From: an uncultured Gemmatimonadales bacterium
GTDB taxonomy: Bacteria; Gemmatimonadota; Gemmatimonadetes; Longimicrobiales; RSA9
Assembly (NCBI GenBank): GCA_963798085.1
Contig: CAWCRS010000003.1
Span: 1,024,001 to 1,088,000, forward strand
Reading direction: 5' to 3'
Length of the DNA stretch: 64,000 nt
Shown here: in pieces, positions 1 to 9,014 of the stretch
Numbering within the stretch: position 1 is the first letter of the stretch
Layout of the letters: every line of letters starts with the position of its first letter
Position numbers and translations under genes: made by a program
Notes under the pieces: generated by a model
The model's database searches: none
Told to the model about the DNA's origin: nothing
Seen by the model: the letters and a program-made list of their open reading frames with translations, nothing else

Positions 1-172
1 TTGGCGGTTCTAAGTGGCTGCTGACAAGGGCGTTAGAAGGCGAATTCCAGCTTCAGGCAGACCCGCGGACTCGCTGAGCCCGCCACCTCGGCGTGAGCCC
101 GGTGTTGCGGCCAGCCCGCAATCCGGACCCCGGCTGGCATTTCGCCTTCTCAAACCTCGAAGTCCGGACCTA

Positions 173-317
173 ACGGACCGTCTTGGCATTCTTGGGTTCC
201 GGCCGCAACACACACAGGGCCGGCTCCCAACGCCTATCGAGTGACCGATTTCCATGCGAAATCCGGTCCCGTCTCTGTCGGCAGCGGCCGGAAGGAAAGA
301 ACGCCAGGCTGGTCCGA
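173..317. repeat. 144-bp dyad element, copy C1 (145 bp; core on minus strand)
   Basis: Left end aCGGACCGTCTTGGCATTCTT-GGG-TTCCGGCCGC; right end GCGGCCGGAA-GGA-AAGAACGCCAGGCTGGTCCGA; core at 233-258, reverse complement CGCATGGAAATCGGTCACTCGATAGG. Confidence 0.9.
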
Positions 318-401
318 CGCGACATATCGGTCAAATCCTGAGGTCGGAGTGCGGACCCGTCACTGGCCGGGCGTCTGACGCTTGTCCGGTTGATACAGCA
401 C

Positions 402-431
402 TTGACAATACAAAGTACTTGTCGCTATCCT
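402..431 (+). promoter_or_regulatory. Putative sigma70 promoter with overlapping inverted-repeat operator
   Basis: TTGACA(402-407)-18 bp-TATCCT(426-431); imperfect palindrome GACAATAC-AAA-GTACTTGTC; AT-rich island just upstream of RBS AGGAG(441-445) and ATG 455. Confidence 0.55.
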
Positions 432-454
432 GCGCCATGCAGGAGCCTGCGAAC

Positions 455-1636
455 ATGAATGACTGCGATGTGATCGTCGTTGGAGCCGGCCTGGCGGGCC
501 TGGTCGCGGCCAGAGACCTCGCCGCTCGCGGACACCGCGTGCGCCTGGTCGACGTCAAGCTTGATCCGGGCAGGAACGTGCACACCACGGGCATTTTCGT
601 ACGCCGCACGCTCGAGGATTTCGCGCTGCCGGCCGAATGCCTGGGTCCTCCGGTGCGACGTGTGGTGCTGCACTCGCCTGCAGGTCGCGAACTCGAGCTG
701 CTCAGCTCGCAGGACGAGTTCCGTGTCGGTCGCATGGGGGCATTGTATCAGCGACTGCTCGCGGAGGGTGAGGCCGCGGGGGTGGAGGTCTCGCTGGGCA
801 CGCGCTTCCACTCCGCGGCGCAGGACGCGCGCGGATCGGCGGTCTGGCTGGAGCGCGGCCACCGTCGCTGGCGGGTGCGCACCCGGTTCCTCATCGGGGC
901 CGATGGTGCGGTGTCCCGCGTCGCCCGACAAATGAACCTCGATCAGAATCACGAGTGGCTGGTGGGTGTCGAGGACGTGTATGAGGGTTCGCTGTACGAA
1001 GGCCCGCCCACCCTGCACTGCTGGCTCGACCCCCGGCTCGCTCCCGGGTACATCGCCTGGGCGACGGACGATGGCGAGACATCGCACGTGGGTGTGGGCG
1101 GATATGCGGGTCGATTCGAGCCGCTGGCGGCGCTGGCGACGCTGCGCAGCCGGCTGCAGGGGCGCTCCCGCCTGCTGTCGCTGCAGCGGGTGGAGCGACG
1201 CGGCGGCCGGATTCCAGTGAACGGCGTGCTGCGGCGAATCGGTAGCCGGCGCGCATTGCTCATCGGAGATGCTGCCGGGGCGGTGTCGCCACTCACAGCA
1301 GGTGGCCTGGACCCCTGCCTGCGTCTGACAGGGGCAGCCGTGATGCTCGTCTCCTCTGTGCTCATGGGCGCGCCGGAGTCCCTGCTCGATGCATATTCGG
1401 GCGTTCCTTTCCAGCGTCATTTTTTCAGGCGACGCATGCTCCGCCGCGCGCTCGCCGCTACTACGCATCCGATCTGGGCAGAGGTCGCCTGCGCCGCCCT
1501 GTCGCTGTGGCCTTTGCGCGAGCTGGCCAGCGGGCTGTTCTTCGGCCGCGGCTCGTTCCCCGACATCGACGTCGCGTTGCCGATCGTGCAGCCGGTGCCT
1601 GCAACGTCGGCAGCGGAGTTGGCGCCGGCCGGCTAG
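455..1636 (+). CDS. FAD/NAD(P)-dependent oxidoreductase, geranylgeranyl reductase-like
   Basis: DVIVVGAGLAG Rossmann motif, IGADG, LIGDAAGxVSPLTAGG; RBS AGGAG. The ORF-track extension to 254 runs through the repeat element and is probably spurious. Confidence 0.85.
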   Translation: MNDCDVIVVGAGLAGLVAARDLAARGHRVRLVDVKLDPGRNVHTTGIFVRRTLEDFALPAECLGPPVRRVVLHSPAGRELELLSSQDEFRVGRMGALYQRLLAEGEAAGVEVSLGTRFHSAAQDARGSAVWLERGHRRWRVRTRFLIGADGAVSRVARQMNLDQNHEWLVGVEDVYEGSLYEGPPTLHCWLDPRLAPGYIAWATDDGETSHVGVGGYAGRFEPLAALATLRSRLQGRSRLLSLQRVERRGGRIPVNGVLRRIGSRRALLIGDAAGAVSPLTAGGLDPCLRLTGAAVMLVSSVLMGAPESLLDAYSGVPFQRHFFRRRMLRRALAATTHPIWAEVACAALSLWPLRELASGLFFGRGSFPDIDVALPIVQPVPATSAAELAPAG

Positions 1637-1653
1637 GCGGGGTCGTCGGACCA

Positions 1654-1883
1654 CCGGACCGTCTTTGCGTTCTTGGGTTTGGCGGATCTTCCCATGCGCG
1701 CGGACTGCCACGGTCGCGAGCTGCCATACGGCTGGCCCGCACCACCATGGAATCGGGCGCACAACGGTTTATTGTTCGCTGGCTTTCGTCCGGCGGGCAG
1801 CATTGTGCCCGCGCATCGGCAGTCCACCCGGGTCGAGAAGATAGTCGGAAGGAGCACAACCCAAGAACGCCAAGACGGTCCGA
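1654..1883. repeat. 230-bp variant of the dyad element with two GGG-type ends
   Basis: cCGGACCGTCTTTGCGTTCTT-GGG-TT at left; AA-CCC-AAGAACGCCAAGACGGTCCGA at right; no recognisable 26-bp core. Confidence 0.8.
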
Positions 1884-1942
1884 TCGCAAGATGCGCATGC
1901 CGCTGCCGATCCTCAGGGACAGCCCCCTCACCGAGGTGCGTC

Positions 1943-3145
1943 ATGCATACCCAGCCCAAACACGCTGTTCGTGCCTCCACGCTGCTCAGCGCCGTTGCCT
2001 GCGCATGCGTTGTCGCGAGCGTCGGATGTACAAAGCAGAAGGCAGCGGCGTCCGAGACTGATCGCGCCACCACATTGCCTGATCCGTCCGGCGCGTGGCG
2101 GCTGACGGCAACCCCGCTCGACATCGGCATTGCCGACGGCGACCCGCACTACCTGCTGCACAACGCCGTCAGTTCTCTGCTGCTGGATGACGGGCGCATC
2201 GTCGTGCTCAACGCGGGCTCACAGGAACTGCGGTTCTACGATACCGGCGGGAAGTTCCTCAACAGCGCCGGGCGCAAGGGGAGCGGCCCGGGAGAATTCC
2301 GCTGGCCCCAGCGCATCTACCTCGCGCATCCGGACACGATCCTGGTGTTCGACGCGGGTACGCAGCGCGAATCGCTGTTCGACACGCAGGGCCGTTTCGT
2401 GCGCGATCAGCCGTGGGTGCCGGCCGACAGCGAGCCCTTCCCGCGCGACGCGTGGCTCTATCGGCACACGCTCGTCGACGGGCCACCCTCACCTGACGCA
2501 CGCGAGTCCGTGCGCCGGCTTCTGAACGCGTTGCCGCCGCTGGAATCGCCGCGGCAGTTCCGGTTCGCGCGCGTGGACACACAGGATCGCGTGTGGGTGC
2601 GGGCGGCCCCGTGGGATCCGCAGCAGAGCACGGGCTGGAGCGTGTATGCGAAGTCGGGCGCGCCGCTCGCGCGTGTCACGACGCCACCGGGCTTCGAGCC
2701 CGAGCACATCGGCCGGGATTTCCTGCTCGGGCGCAGCTACGACTCGGTCAACGTCGAGCACGTCCGGCTGTACCGGCTGAGCGGCCTGCCGGCGAAGGAG
2801 CCGCCGGCCCCCGCGCTCATGGCACAGTCGAGCGCACCGGCGCATCCCGCAGCGGTGCCGGATGCGTTGCGCCGCAACATGCTGAGCGTGGTGCGCAACA
2901 CGATGGCGCAGCAGGAGATCTACTACTCGCTGCCTGAACACGGGTACAGTTACGCCGCGCGCGCGGACCAGCTCGAGTGGCCGGAGGACATGGACGGGCT
3001 GGTACCGAACATCATCGACGGTGGACCCACCGGGTGGACCATGGTGCTGTTTCACGAGCGCGAACCCATCGCCTGCGCCGTCACCGCCGGGATCGCCGGG
3101 CCGGTCGGCTGGCGGCCGGGCATTGCCACCTGCGTGGCCTGGTAA
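1943..3145 (+). CDS. 6-bladed beta-propeller lipoprotein with a C-terminal pilin-head-like domain
   Basis: RBS GAGGT; lipobox-like ASVGC; DGRIVVLNAGSQELRFYD...GRKGSGPGEF propeller signature; C-terminal LRRNMLSVVRNTMAQQEIYYS...GWTM...C...C. Confidence 0.75.
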   Translation: MHTQPKHAVRASTLLSAVACACVVASVGCTKQKAAASETDRATTLPDPSGAWRLTATPLDIGIADGDPHYLLHNAVSSLLLDDGRIVVLNAGSQELRFYDTGGKFLNSAGRKGSGPGEFRWPQRIYLAHPDTILVFDAGTQRESLFDTQGRFVRDQPWVPADSEPFPRDAWLYRHTLVDGPPSPDARESVRRLLNALPPLESPRQFRFARVDTQDRVWVRAAPWDPQQSTGWSVYAKSGAPLARVTTPPGFEPEHIGRDFLLGRSYDSVNVEHVRLYRLSGLPAKEPPAPALMAQSSAPAHPAAVPDALRRNMLSVVRNTMAQQEIYYSLPEHGYSYAARADQLEWPEDMDGLVPNIIDGGPTGWTMVLFHEREPIACAVTAGIAGPVGWRPGIATCVAW

Positions 3146-3837
3146 TCGGCTGTTAGAGCGCTGCCGGCTGCGGCGGCGGACGGAGCAGCCCACAACGCAG
3201 TGAAGGGCGCGCGAACGACTGAACTGTGCGCCGGGCCGGACCAGCCGCTGAGCGGCTGCAACGGTGATCCGCTGCTCAGCGGGTCGCTCGCGTGCCGACC
3301 ACCGCCACAAGCAGCCATAATTGGTGGCCGGCCAGAGAACCCGGAACGTGTGCGCCGGCCCGTTCCATCGAACGCGGCCGGGTCGCACCCAGGGGCGGCC
3401 CTGGGGCCAGCCTTCCTTCAACGCTACGCGAGCACGTTCCAACCGAGCAGCGCATTCTGACCCGACTACCGGGTGCACTCCGCCGCAGCTGCAGGCCGTC
3501 GGCATCGCACATCGTCCCAACAGTGCTGTTAACCCTCTGCCGGCGCGTCTGGTCGGAATGCGGCTGCGGCCGCCGTGCGCCACGCTGGAACGCCCGGCAC
3601 ACTGCGGTGTCGTGCCCACGTTGACCATCTCGCCGGAAGCCGTGCGCTACCGTTGTCCAATCACAGTCCACCGCACGCGACGCCGACGGGCGCTGGCTGG
3701 CGACGTGCGGTCTGCGAGGCGCGGGTGGCATGCAGCGGCGTCGTCGCATACACTCCAGACATGGAGCTTGTCTTTGACCGCGGGCCTGCTCCATGGTTGG
3801 CCACTGCAGCGGATCTGACCTGCATTCGACATCGTGG

Positions 3838-5851
3838 ATGGTCCGGATGCTTCTTCTCCTCGTGCGGATTTCCGTATCGCAGCTGCCGGCGCAGACAGTG
3901 GATCCGGGTGCGTTCGAGCGCGAGCTGGCGGCCGTCACGGATCCGGCGGCGCTGTCACGCGTGGCGCAGGAGCGTGTGGCGACGACATCGTCCGCCAGTG
4001 CCGGCGCGCCTATCGCGCTCGGCCTCGTCCATCTGCGCTGGTGGGAACTCACGCGGAACCGCAAGGAAGCGGACCGGGCGAAGGACGAGTTCAGCAAGGC
4101 GAGAGCGATCGAAGCCGACAATGCGTGGGCGGTCTTCGGCTACGGGCTCAGCCTGGCGCACGGGCCGGATGTGCGCTCGGACGGGCCGGCGCTGGCGGCG
4201 ACAGGTCGTTCGTGGGCGAGGGAGCTGGGTCTGGATGCGCGCTCGCGGGCGCGGCGCGCGATGGAGCAGGCGCTGGCGCTGGACGCAGGCTTCAATCGCG
4301 CGGCTGAAGTGCTGGGGAGCTGGCGCTGCAGTCGCGCCGCGCGGACGAGCTCGCGAGAGCGAAGGACGCGTTGCTGGTAGTCCTCGCGCAGCAGCGTGCC
4401 ACGGACGGCACACTGCGCGTACTGTCGCGTGTGGCCAGTTCCCTGGACGATCAGGAGACGGCGCTGCGCGTTGCCCAACTGGCTGTTAGAAGGCATCCCG
4501 GTGCCGCCAACCTGCACGCATTGAGTGTGGCCCTGCTGCGTACGCCCGGGCGCGAGCAATCCCGTGCGGACGGGTACTTCCAGGTGCTGGATGCGCTGAC
4601 ACCCGGTGTGGCGGCGCAGCTGTGGTCGGAGATCGGGCCCATTGCCAATGCGGAAGAACAGAAACGCTGGCAGGCGGGCGATCTCGCTGCGCGAGGCGCG
4701 CTGCTGCGGAAATTCTGGGACCTGCGCGCCGGCCTCGCCGCGGAAGCGGTAGCGGAGCGGCTGGCATAGCATTATCGCCGGCTCGAGGTCGTGCTGCAGA
4801 AGAACGTTCGGGTCGCGGATGGGCTGGCAGCCGGGCATTGGCACGCTCAAGGAGAAGATGCCGGAAGCACCCTTCGACGAGCGCGGTGGTGTGTACCTGC
4901 ACAACGGGCCGCCGGACCGCATCATTCGCACGCTGGACATGAAGTTCGCCACGGAGGCGTGCAGCACAGGCATGGGTCCAGCCGTCTACAACGAGTCGTG
5001 GCTGTATCATTGCCTGGAAGAGCGGCCTCGCCTGATCAACTTCGTGCGCTGCAACGGCCTGCTCGGCTACGTCGTGCCGTACACCACGCCGTGCGGTGCG
5101 TCGGGGGACGCACGCTATCAGACGGATCGTCAATTCATTGACGATGCGCTCTGCAGCTGGCGCACACCGGAGCGCACACTCGAGTTCGCGCGCGAGCACA
5201 TGGCGGTGGACACCGATGCTCCTGATTTTTCCGCCGCGACTCCGTTCGCGTGGGACATGTTCGCGTTCCGCGGCAGCACCGGGCAGAGGGATCTCTCGGT
5301 GCCCGTGGGCGTGGCCGGCGATTCCCTGCACGAAGACGTGCTGGCCGACGGGCGGCGAGGCCATCGCCTGCGGCTCTCGCTCTTCGTGGTCGATACCGCG
5401 GCGCAGCGCGTCTCGCACGCGGACACGGTGGAATCGTTCGTCGGCAGGAGCGCGCGGCGAGCTGGTGATCGCGTACGTGAACCTGTCCGTACCGCCGATG
5501 GCTGATGCTGTGCAGCGCATTGTGGTACGGGAGGCCGGTCGGCCGGAACGCGGCGCACTGCACGGTGAGCACGTGCGGGTGCCCGATTATGGCGGCGACT
5601 CGCTGATGGTGAGCAGCATTGTGCTCGCCCTGCCAGGCGACGGCGGCAACTGGAAGCGTGGTGCAACGACGCTCACCGTGGTGCCCGCAGGCGAATTCGG
5701 CGGTGGTCAGTTCCGCGTCTTCCATGAGGTCTGCAATCTTCCGAAGGACTCGCGGTATGAGACCGAAATCGAGATCCAGCGAATGGATGGCGCCCGTGAG
5801 TCGCTGCGCTTCGTTTCCAGGGCGTGGCGCAGCCCGAGGGCCGCGGCGTAA
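3838..5851 (+). pseudogene. GWxTD-domain-like secreted protein, broken into several frames
   Basis: Signal peptide, TPR-like helices, FWDLR...ERLA*HYRRL, FDERGGVYLHNGPPD, NESWLY; in-frame TAG at 4767-4769 and frame changes near ~4320, ~4810 and ~5455. Confidence 0.7.
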
Positions 5852-6063
5852 TCCACGAACTGCGCTCGATCGATACCGGCCTCGAATCCGGCCGGTATCG
5901 ACTGCACGTCCGTGTCCGCAATCTCCAGACGAATGCGGTCGCTGCCAGCGAACGGCGGAACGCCGTGACGGCGGCATCCCGCTGACGGGTCCAACCGGGC
6001 AACGGCTTGAGCCGGAGCCCGCGAGGCGCCAGTATGTCGCACCCTTCACGACGGATGGTCGAC

Positions 6064-7392
6064 ATGCGCAATCCCGCAGCCGGTGCGCCCGCGTTCGCTC
6101 TTGCCCTGGCCACGTTGCTCGCCAGCGTGGCAGGTGCGCAGAACTTCCGCCAGACCCAAACAGATGATTACACGCGCTACGAGCTGCTCGCCCCGTCGTC
6201 GCACAGTTTTCACATCGTCTACGATGTGAGCGCCACCACCGGGGGCGCGCCCTTCTACTTCAACGCGATTCGCGCGGGCGCCGAAGAGACCGTGCACGGC
6301 GTGTACGACCTCATGACCGGGCAGCCGCTGAAGTGGCAGGTGGTCGATGGCGATGAAGCGAAGCGCGCGGGCATGCAGAACGCGAGCCCCAATCAGCGTT
6401 ATATCCAGGTGACGCTGGCGCGGCCGGTGCCGGAGGGCGGACAGGGTCGCGTGCGCATCGACAAGACCTACCGGGACACCGCGAGCTATTTCGCGCAGGG
6501 TGATGCCATCGTCTTCGACCGCTCGCTGGGCATCGACCGCAATGCGGTGGTGCTGCCCGCCGGATACGAGCTGGTTTCGGTCAATTATCCATCGCAGGTG
6601 CAGGCGGAGGCGGACGGGCGCATCCGCGTGAGCTTCATGAATCGCGGTCCGGCCGCAGTGCCCTACCGCGTGCAGGCGAAGCCGCTGCCTCGCGGCGCCG
6701 CGGCCATGGCGGGGCCGGGCGATGCGGCCGGTCGCGGCCGCGGCGCCGCCGGCTCAGGCGGGCGAAGCGCGCAGAGCGGACGCGGCGGGGCAGCGGTGGC
6801 TGCGCCGGCACCGGAGGGAGCACGCGTCGACTACCGCTTCGATGAGCGCGCCTTCGAGGACCGTGACATCACCTACTTCCTGGACCAGCCCGGGACGCAT
6901 TCGTTCGACCTGTTCCACGACTACACGGAGAGCCGGCCCGGGATGGACCACTACGTGAACGTCGTGCGTGCCGGCAGCCGCTCAGCGAATCCCAGTGCGA
7001 TCATCCTGGATACAGGCGAGAAACTGCGGGTCGAGACGCTGCGCGGCAGCGAGATCACCGCGAAGCAGCTGGACATTGGCGAGACCGTGACGGCGACCAC
7101 GGAGGCGGTCGTGATCTGGTACCCGCCGGTGCCGAAGGGCGGCTCCACGCGGCTGCGCATCAGTGAGCGCTACACGGATGCGGGCCGCTACCTGGTGTCG
7201 GGCGGCGAACTGCTGTGGGATCGCAGTTTCGGCCGCGCGCGCAACACGGTGATCCTGCCGGCCGGCTGGTTCCTGACAGCCAGTTCGATTCCTGCCGTCA
7301 TCAGCACGCTCGACGATGGCCGCATCCGGCTGCGCTTCATCAACGACCGCCCGGACGAGATCGCCGTGTACCTGCGCGCCCGGCACAGGTAG
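6064..7392 (+). CDS. Secreted protein of unknown function with two homologous domains
   Basis: Signal peptide ending AGA-Q; internal repeat (HSF...PVPxGG..RxRI...DRS.G..RN.V.LPAG...DGRIR..F.N twice) joined by a Gly/Ala-rich linker; start uncertain (6034/6055/6064). Confidence 0.75.
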   Translation: MRNPAAGAPAFALALATLLASVAGAQNFRQTQTDDYTRYELLAPSSHSFHIVYDVSATTGGAPFYFNAIRAGAEETVHGVYDLMTGQPLKWQVVDGDEAKRAGMQNASPNQRYIQVTLARPVPEGGQGRVRIDKTYRDTASYFAQGDAIVFDRSLGIDRNAVVLPAGYELVSVNYPSQVQAEADGRIRVSFMNRGPAAVPYRVQAKPLPRGAAAMAGPGDAAGRGRGAAGSGGRSAQSGRGGAAVAAPAPEGARVDYRFDERAFEDRDITYFLDQPGTHSFDLFHDYTESRPGMDHYVNVVRAGSRSANPSAIILDTGEKLRVETLRGSEITAKQLDIGETVTATTEAVVIWYPPVPKGGSTRLRISERYTDAGRYLVSGGELLWDRSFGRARNTVILPAGWFLTASSIPAVISTLDDGRIRLRFINDRPDEIAVYLRARHR

Positions 7393-7500
7393 TACCTGCT
7401 CCGGCCTCGCATAACTGGCTGTTAGAACAGAATCCGGCGTCCCCCGCCGGGTGGGGACGGCCTCAGCAGGAAGGGAGAGGCGCCGCCGCGCGACCCGGCG

Positions 7501-8322
7501 TCAGTCGCGGGCGAAGCGGTAGAGCAGGCAGCGCATGATGCGCAGCGCCGGGATGACGTTCATGGCGCGCACGGCCAGGCGAACCTTGCGGGGCATGCGG
7601 GCAAAGGCGGCGTGGCGCGTGGCGCGCACGTCGGCGACCCGCTCGAGGCGAGGCTCGAGGCGGGTGATGTCGCGGGCATCACCCAGGCCCCACTGGAAGG
7701 TGGCGCCCGTGCCGCGAACATTGAAGTTCGATCGCTGCAGCCAGCGCACGAGCTGTCGCGGGTGCACGTCGAATGCGATCCAGCCTTCGGGGAAGTGCCC
7801 GGTCAGTGCATGGAGCAGAGCCTTCAGCACCCCCTCTGTCAGGTACATCGTCACGCCTTCCGCGACGATCATGGCGGGCCGGTCGCGGGGGATGGCGTCG
7901 AGCCAGTCCAGGTCGGCAAGCGACGTCCCGATCGTGTGGTAGTCCGGGCGCTGCGGATAGAGACGCCGGCGCAGCTCGATCACGTCCGGGTAGTCCACGT
8001 CGAACCAGCGCACGCCCGGTGGCGCGGCGACACGAAACGCGCGGCTGTCCATGCCGCAGCCCAGGTGCAGCACGGTCGCGCCAGGATGCTCCGCAAGGTA
8101 CTCCCGTGTCCAGAGATCGAGCTGTGCGCCCCGGCTGGCGAACAGGAAGGCGGCGCGCGGCCCGACCTTCAGCTTCGCGAAGTCGTAGTCAATGCGCCGG
8201 ATTGCGTCTTCCGCCCATTTGTCGGGCAGAATCGCGTCGGGCGAGCGACTCTGCAGTGCCCGCCCGTACAGCGTGATGAGCATCGTCTCCTTCTCGCGGG
8301 AGAAGCTGACCTTTTCACTCAT
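7501..8322 (-). CDS. Class I SAM-dependent methyltransferase (leucine carboxyl methyltransferase/Omt-like)
   Basis: ETMLITLYGRA, VLHLGCGMDSR, WFDVDYPDVIELR, IVAEGVTMYL motifs. Confidence 0.9.
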   Translation of the reverse strand: MSEKVSFSREKETMLITLYGRALQSRSPDAILPDKWAEDAIRRIDYDFAKLKVGPRAAFLFASRGAQLDLWTREYLAEHPGATVLHLGCGMDSRAFRVAAPPGVRWFDVDYPDVIELRRRLYPQRPDYHTIGTSLADLDWLDAIPRDRPAMIVAEGVTMYLTEGVLKALLHALTGHFPEGWIAFDVHPRQLVRWLQRSNFNVRGTGATFQWGLGDARDITRLEPRLERVADVRATRHAAFARMPRKVRLAVRAMNVIPALRIMRCLLYRFARD

Positions 8323-8325
8323 CTG

Positions 8326-8469
8326 TCGGACCGGGTTCGAACTCTTTCCTTCCGGCCGCACCTGCCATGATCATGCGCCTGGCGCGCATGGCAACGCACG
8401 ATCTGCGGTCTGCCCGAGCCAGCGCCATGCGTGTACGTAGCGCAACGCAAGAATGCCAAGACGGTCCGA
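8326..8469. repeat. 144-bp dyad element, copy C2 (left end degenerate)
   Basis: TCGGACCGggTTcGaacTCTT-TCC-TTCCGGCCGC ... AA-CGC-AAGAATGCCAAGACGGTCCGA; CGCATG at offset 59 (8385). Confidence 0.8.
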
Positions 8470-8474
8470 TTGGC

Positions 8475-9002
8475 TCAGGCGCGCTGGTACTCGAAGACGA
8501 TGACTTCGCCGACTTCCGCGACCTCGGAATTGCCCACCGCTTTCATGCCGATCTTCTGCGCGACGCGGATGGATGGCGTGTTCCAGGGCGGCACGGTGGC
8601 GCGCACGGCGGTGACGCCGGGGCGGGCGATGGCCCACTCGGCAACGGCGGCGGCGGCTTCGGTCGCGTAACCCTGCCGCTCGAAACTCGGAAACACGGCC
8701 CATCCCATGAGGACGTGGCCGTTGCGGTCGGGCACCAGGCCAATGCCGGCGGACCCAACCGCCTCACCCAGCGTGCGGTCCACGGACAGCCACGCGCACC
8801 ATGTTGCCTTCTCCGGATCACCGTGCAGCATCTGGAGCAGCTCTTCCAGATGGTCTTCGAGCAGAGGCGGGACGATTCCGCCGCTGAAACGGGCGGCCAC
8901 CACGTCGAACAAGCGATCGTGGTCGCCCGCCAGCATGGCCTCGACCAGCGGCGCGGAGAACGGAACCAGCTCGAGACGCGCCGACTGCAGCGGGTCGGGC
9001 AC
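8475..9002 (-). CDS. GNAT family N-acetyltransferase (RimJ/RimL-like)
   Basis: MGWAVFPSFERQGYATEAA; NTPSIRVAQKIGM. Confidence 0.9.
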   Translation of the reverse strand: MPDPLQSARLELVPFSAPLVEAMLAGDHDRLFDVVAARFSGGIVPPLLEDHLEELLQMLHGDPEKATWCAWLSVDRTLGEAVGSAGIGLVPDRNGHVLMGWAVFPSFERQGYATEAAAAVAEWAIARPGVTAVRATVPPWNTPSIRVAQKIGMKAVGNSEVAEVGEVIVFEYQRA

Positions 9003-9014
9003 GCGCGCCCCGGG

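Noticed and set aside
4767..4769. Pyrrolysine or stop-codon reassignment at the in-frame TAG
   Set aside because: The same gene has several frameshifts, and TAG and TGA serve as normal stops throughout the window.
8330..8345. tRNA T-arm-like GGGTTCGAAC
   Set aside because: No cloverleaf or acceptor stem; it is the mutated left end of element C2.
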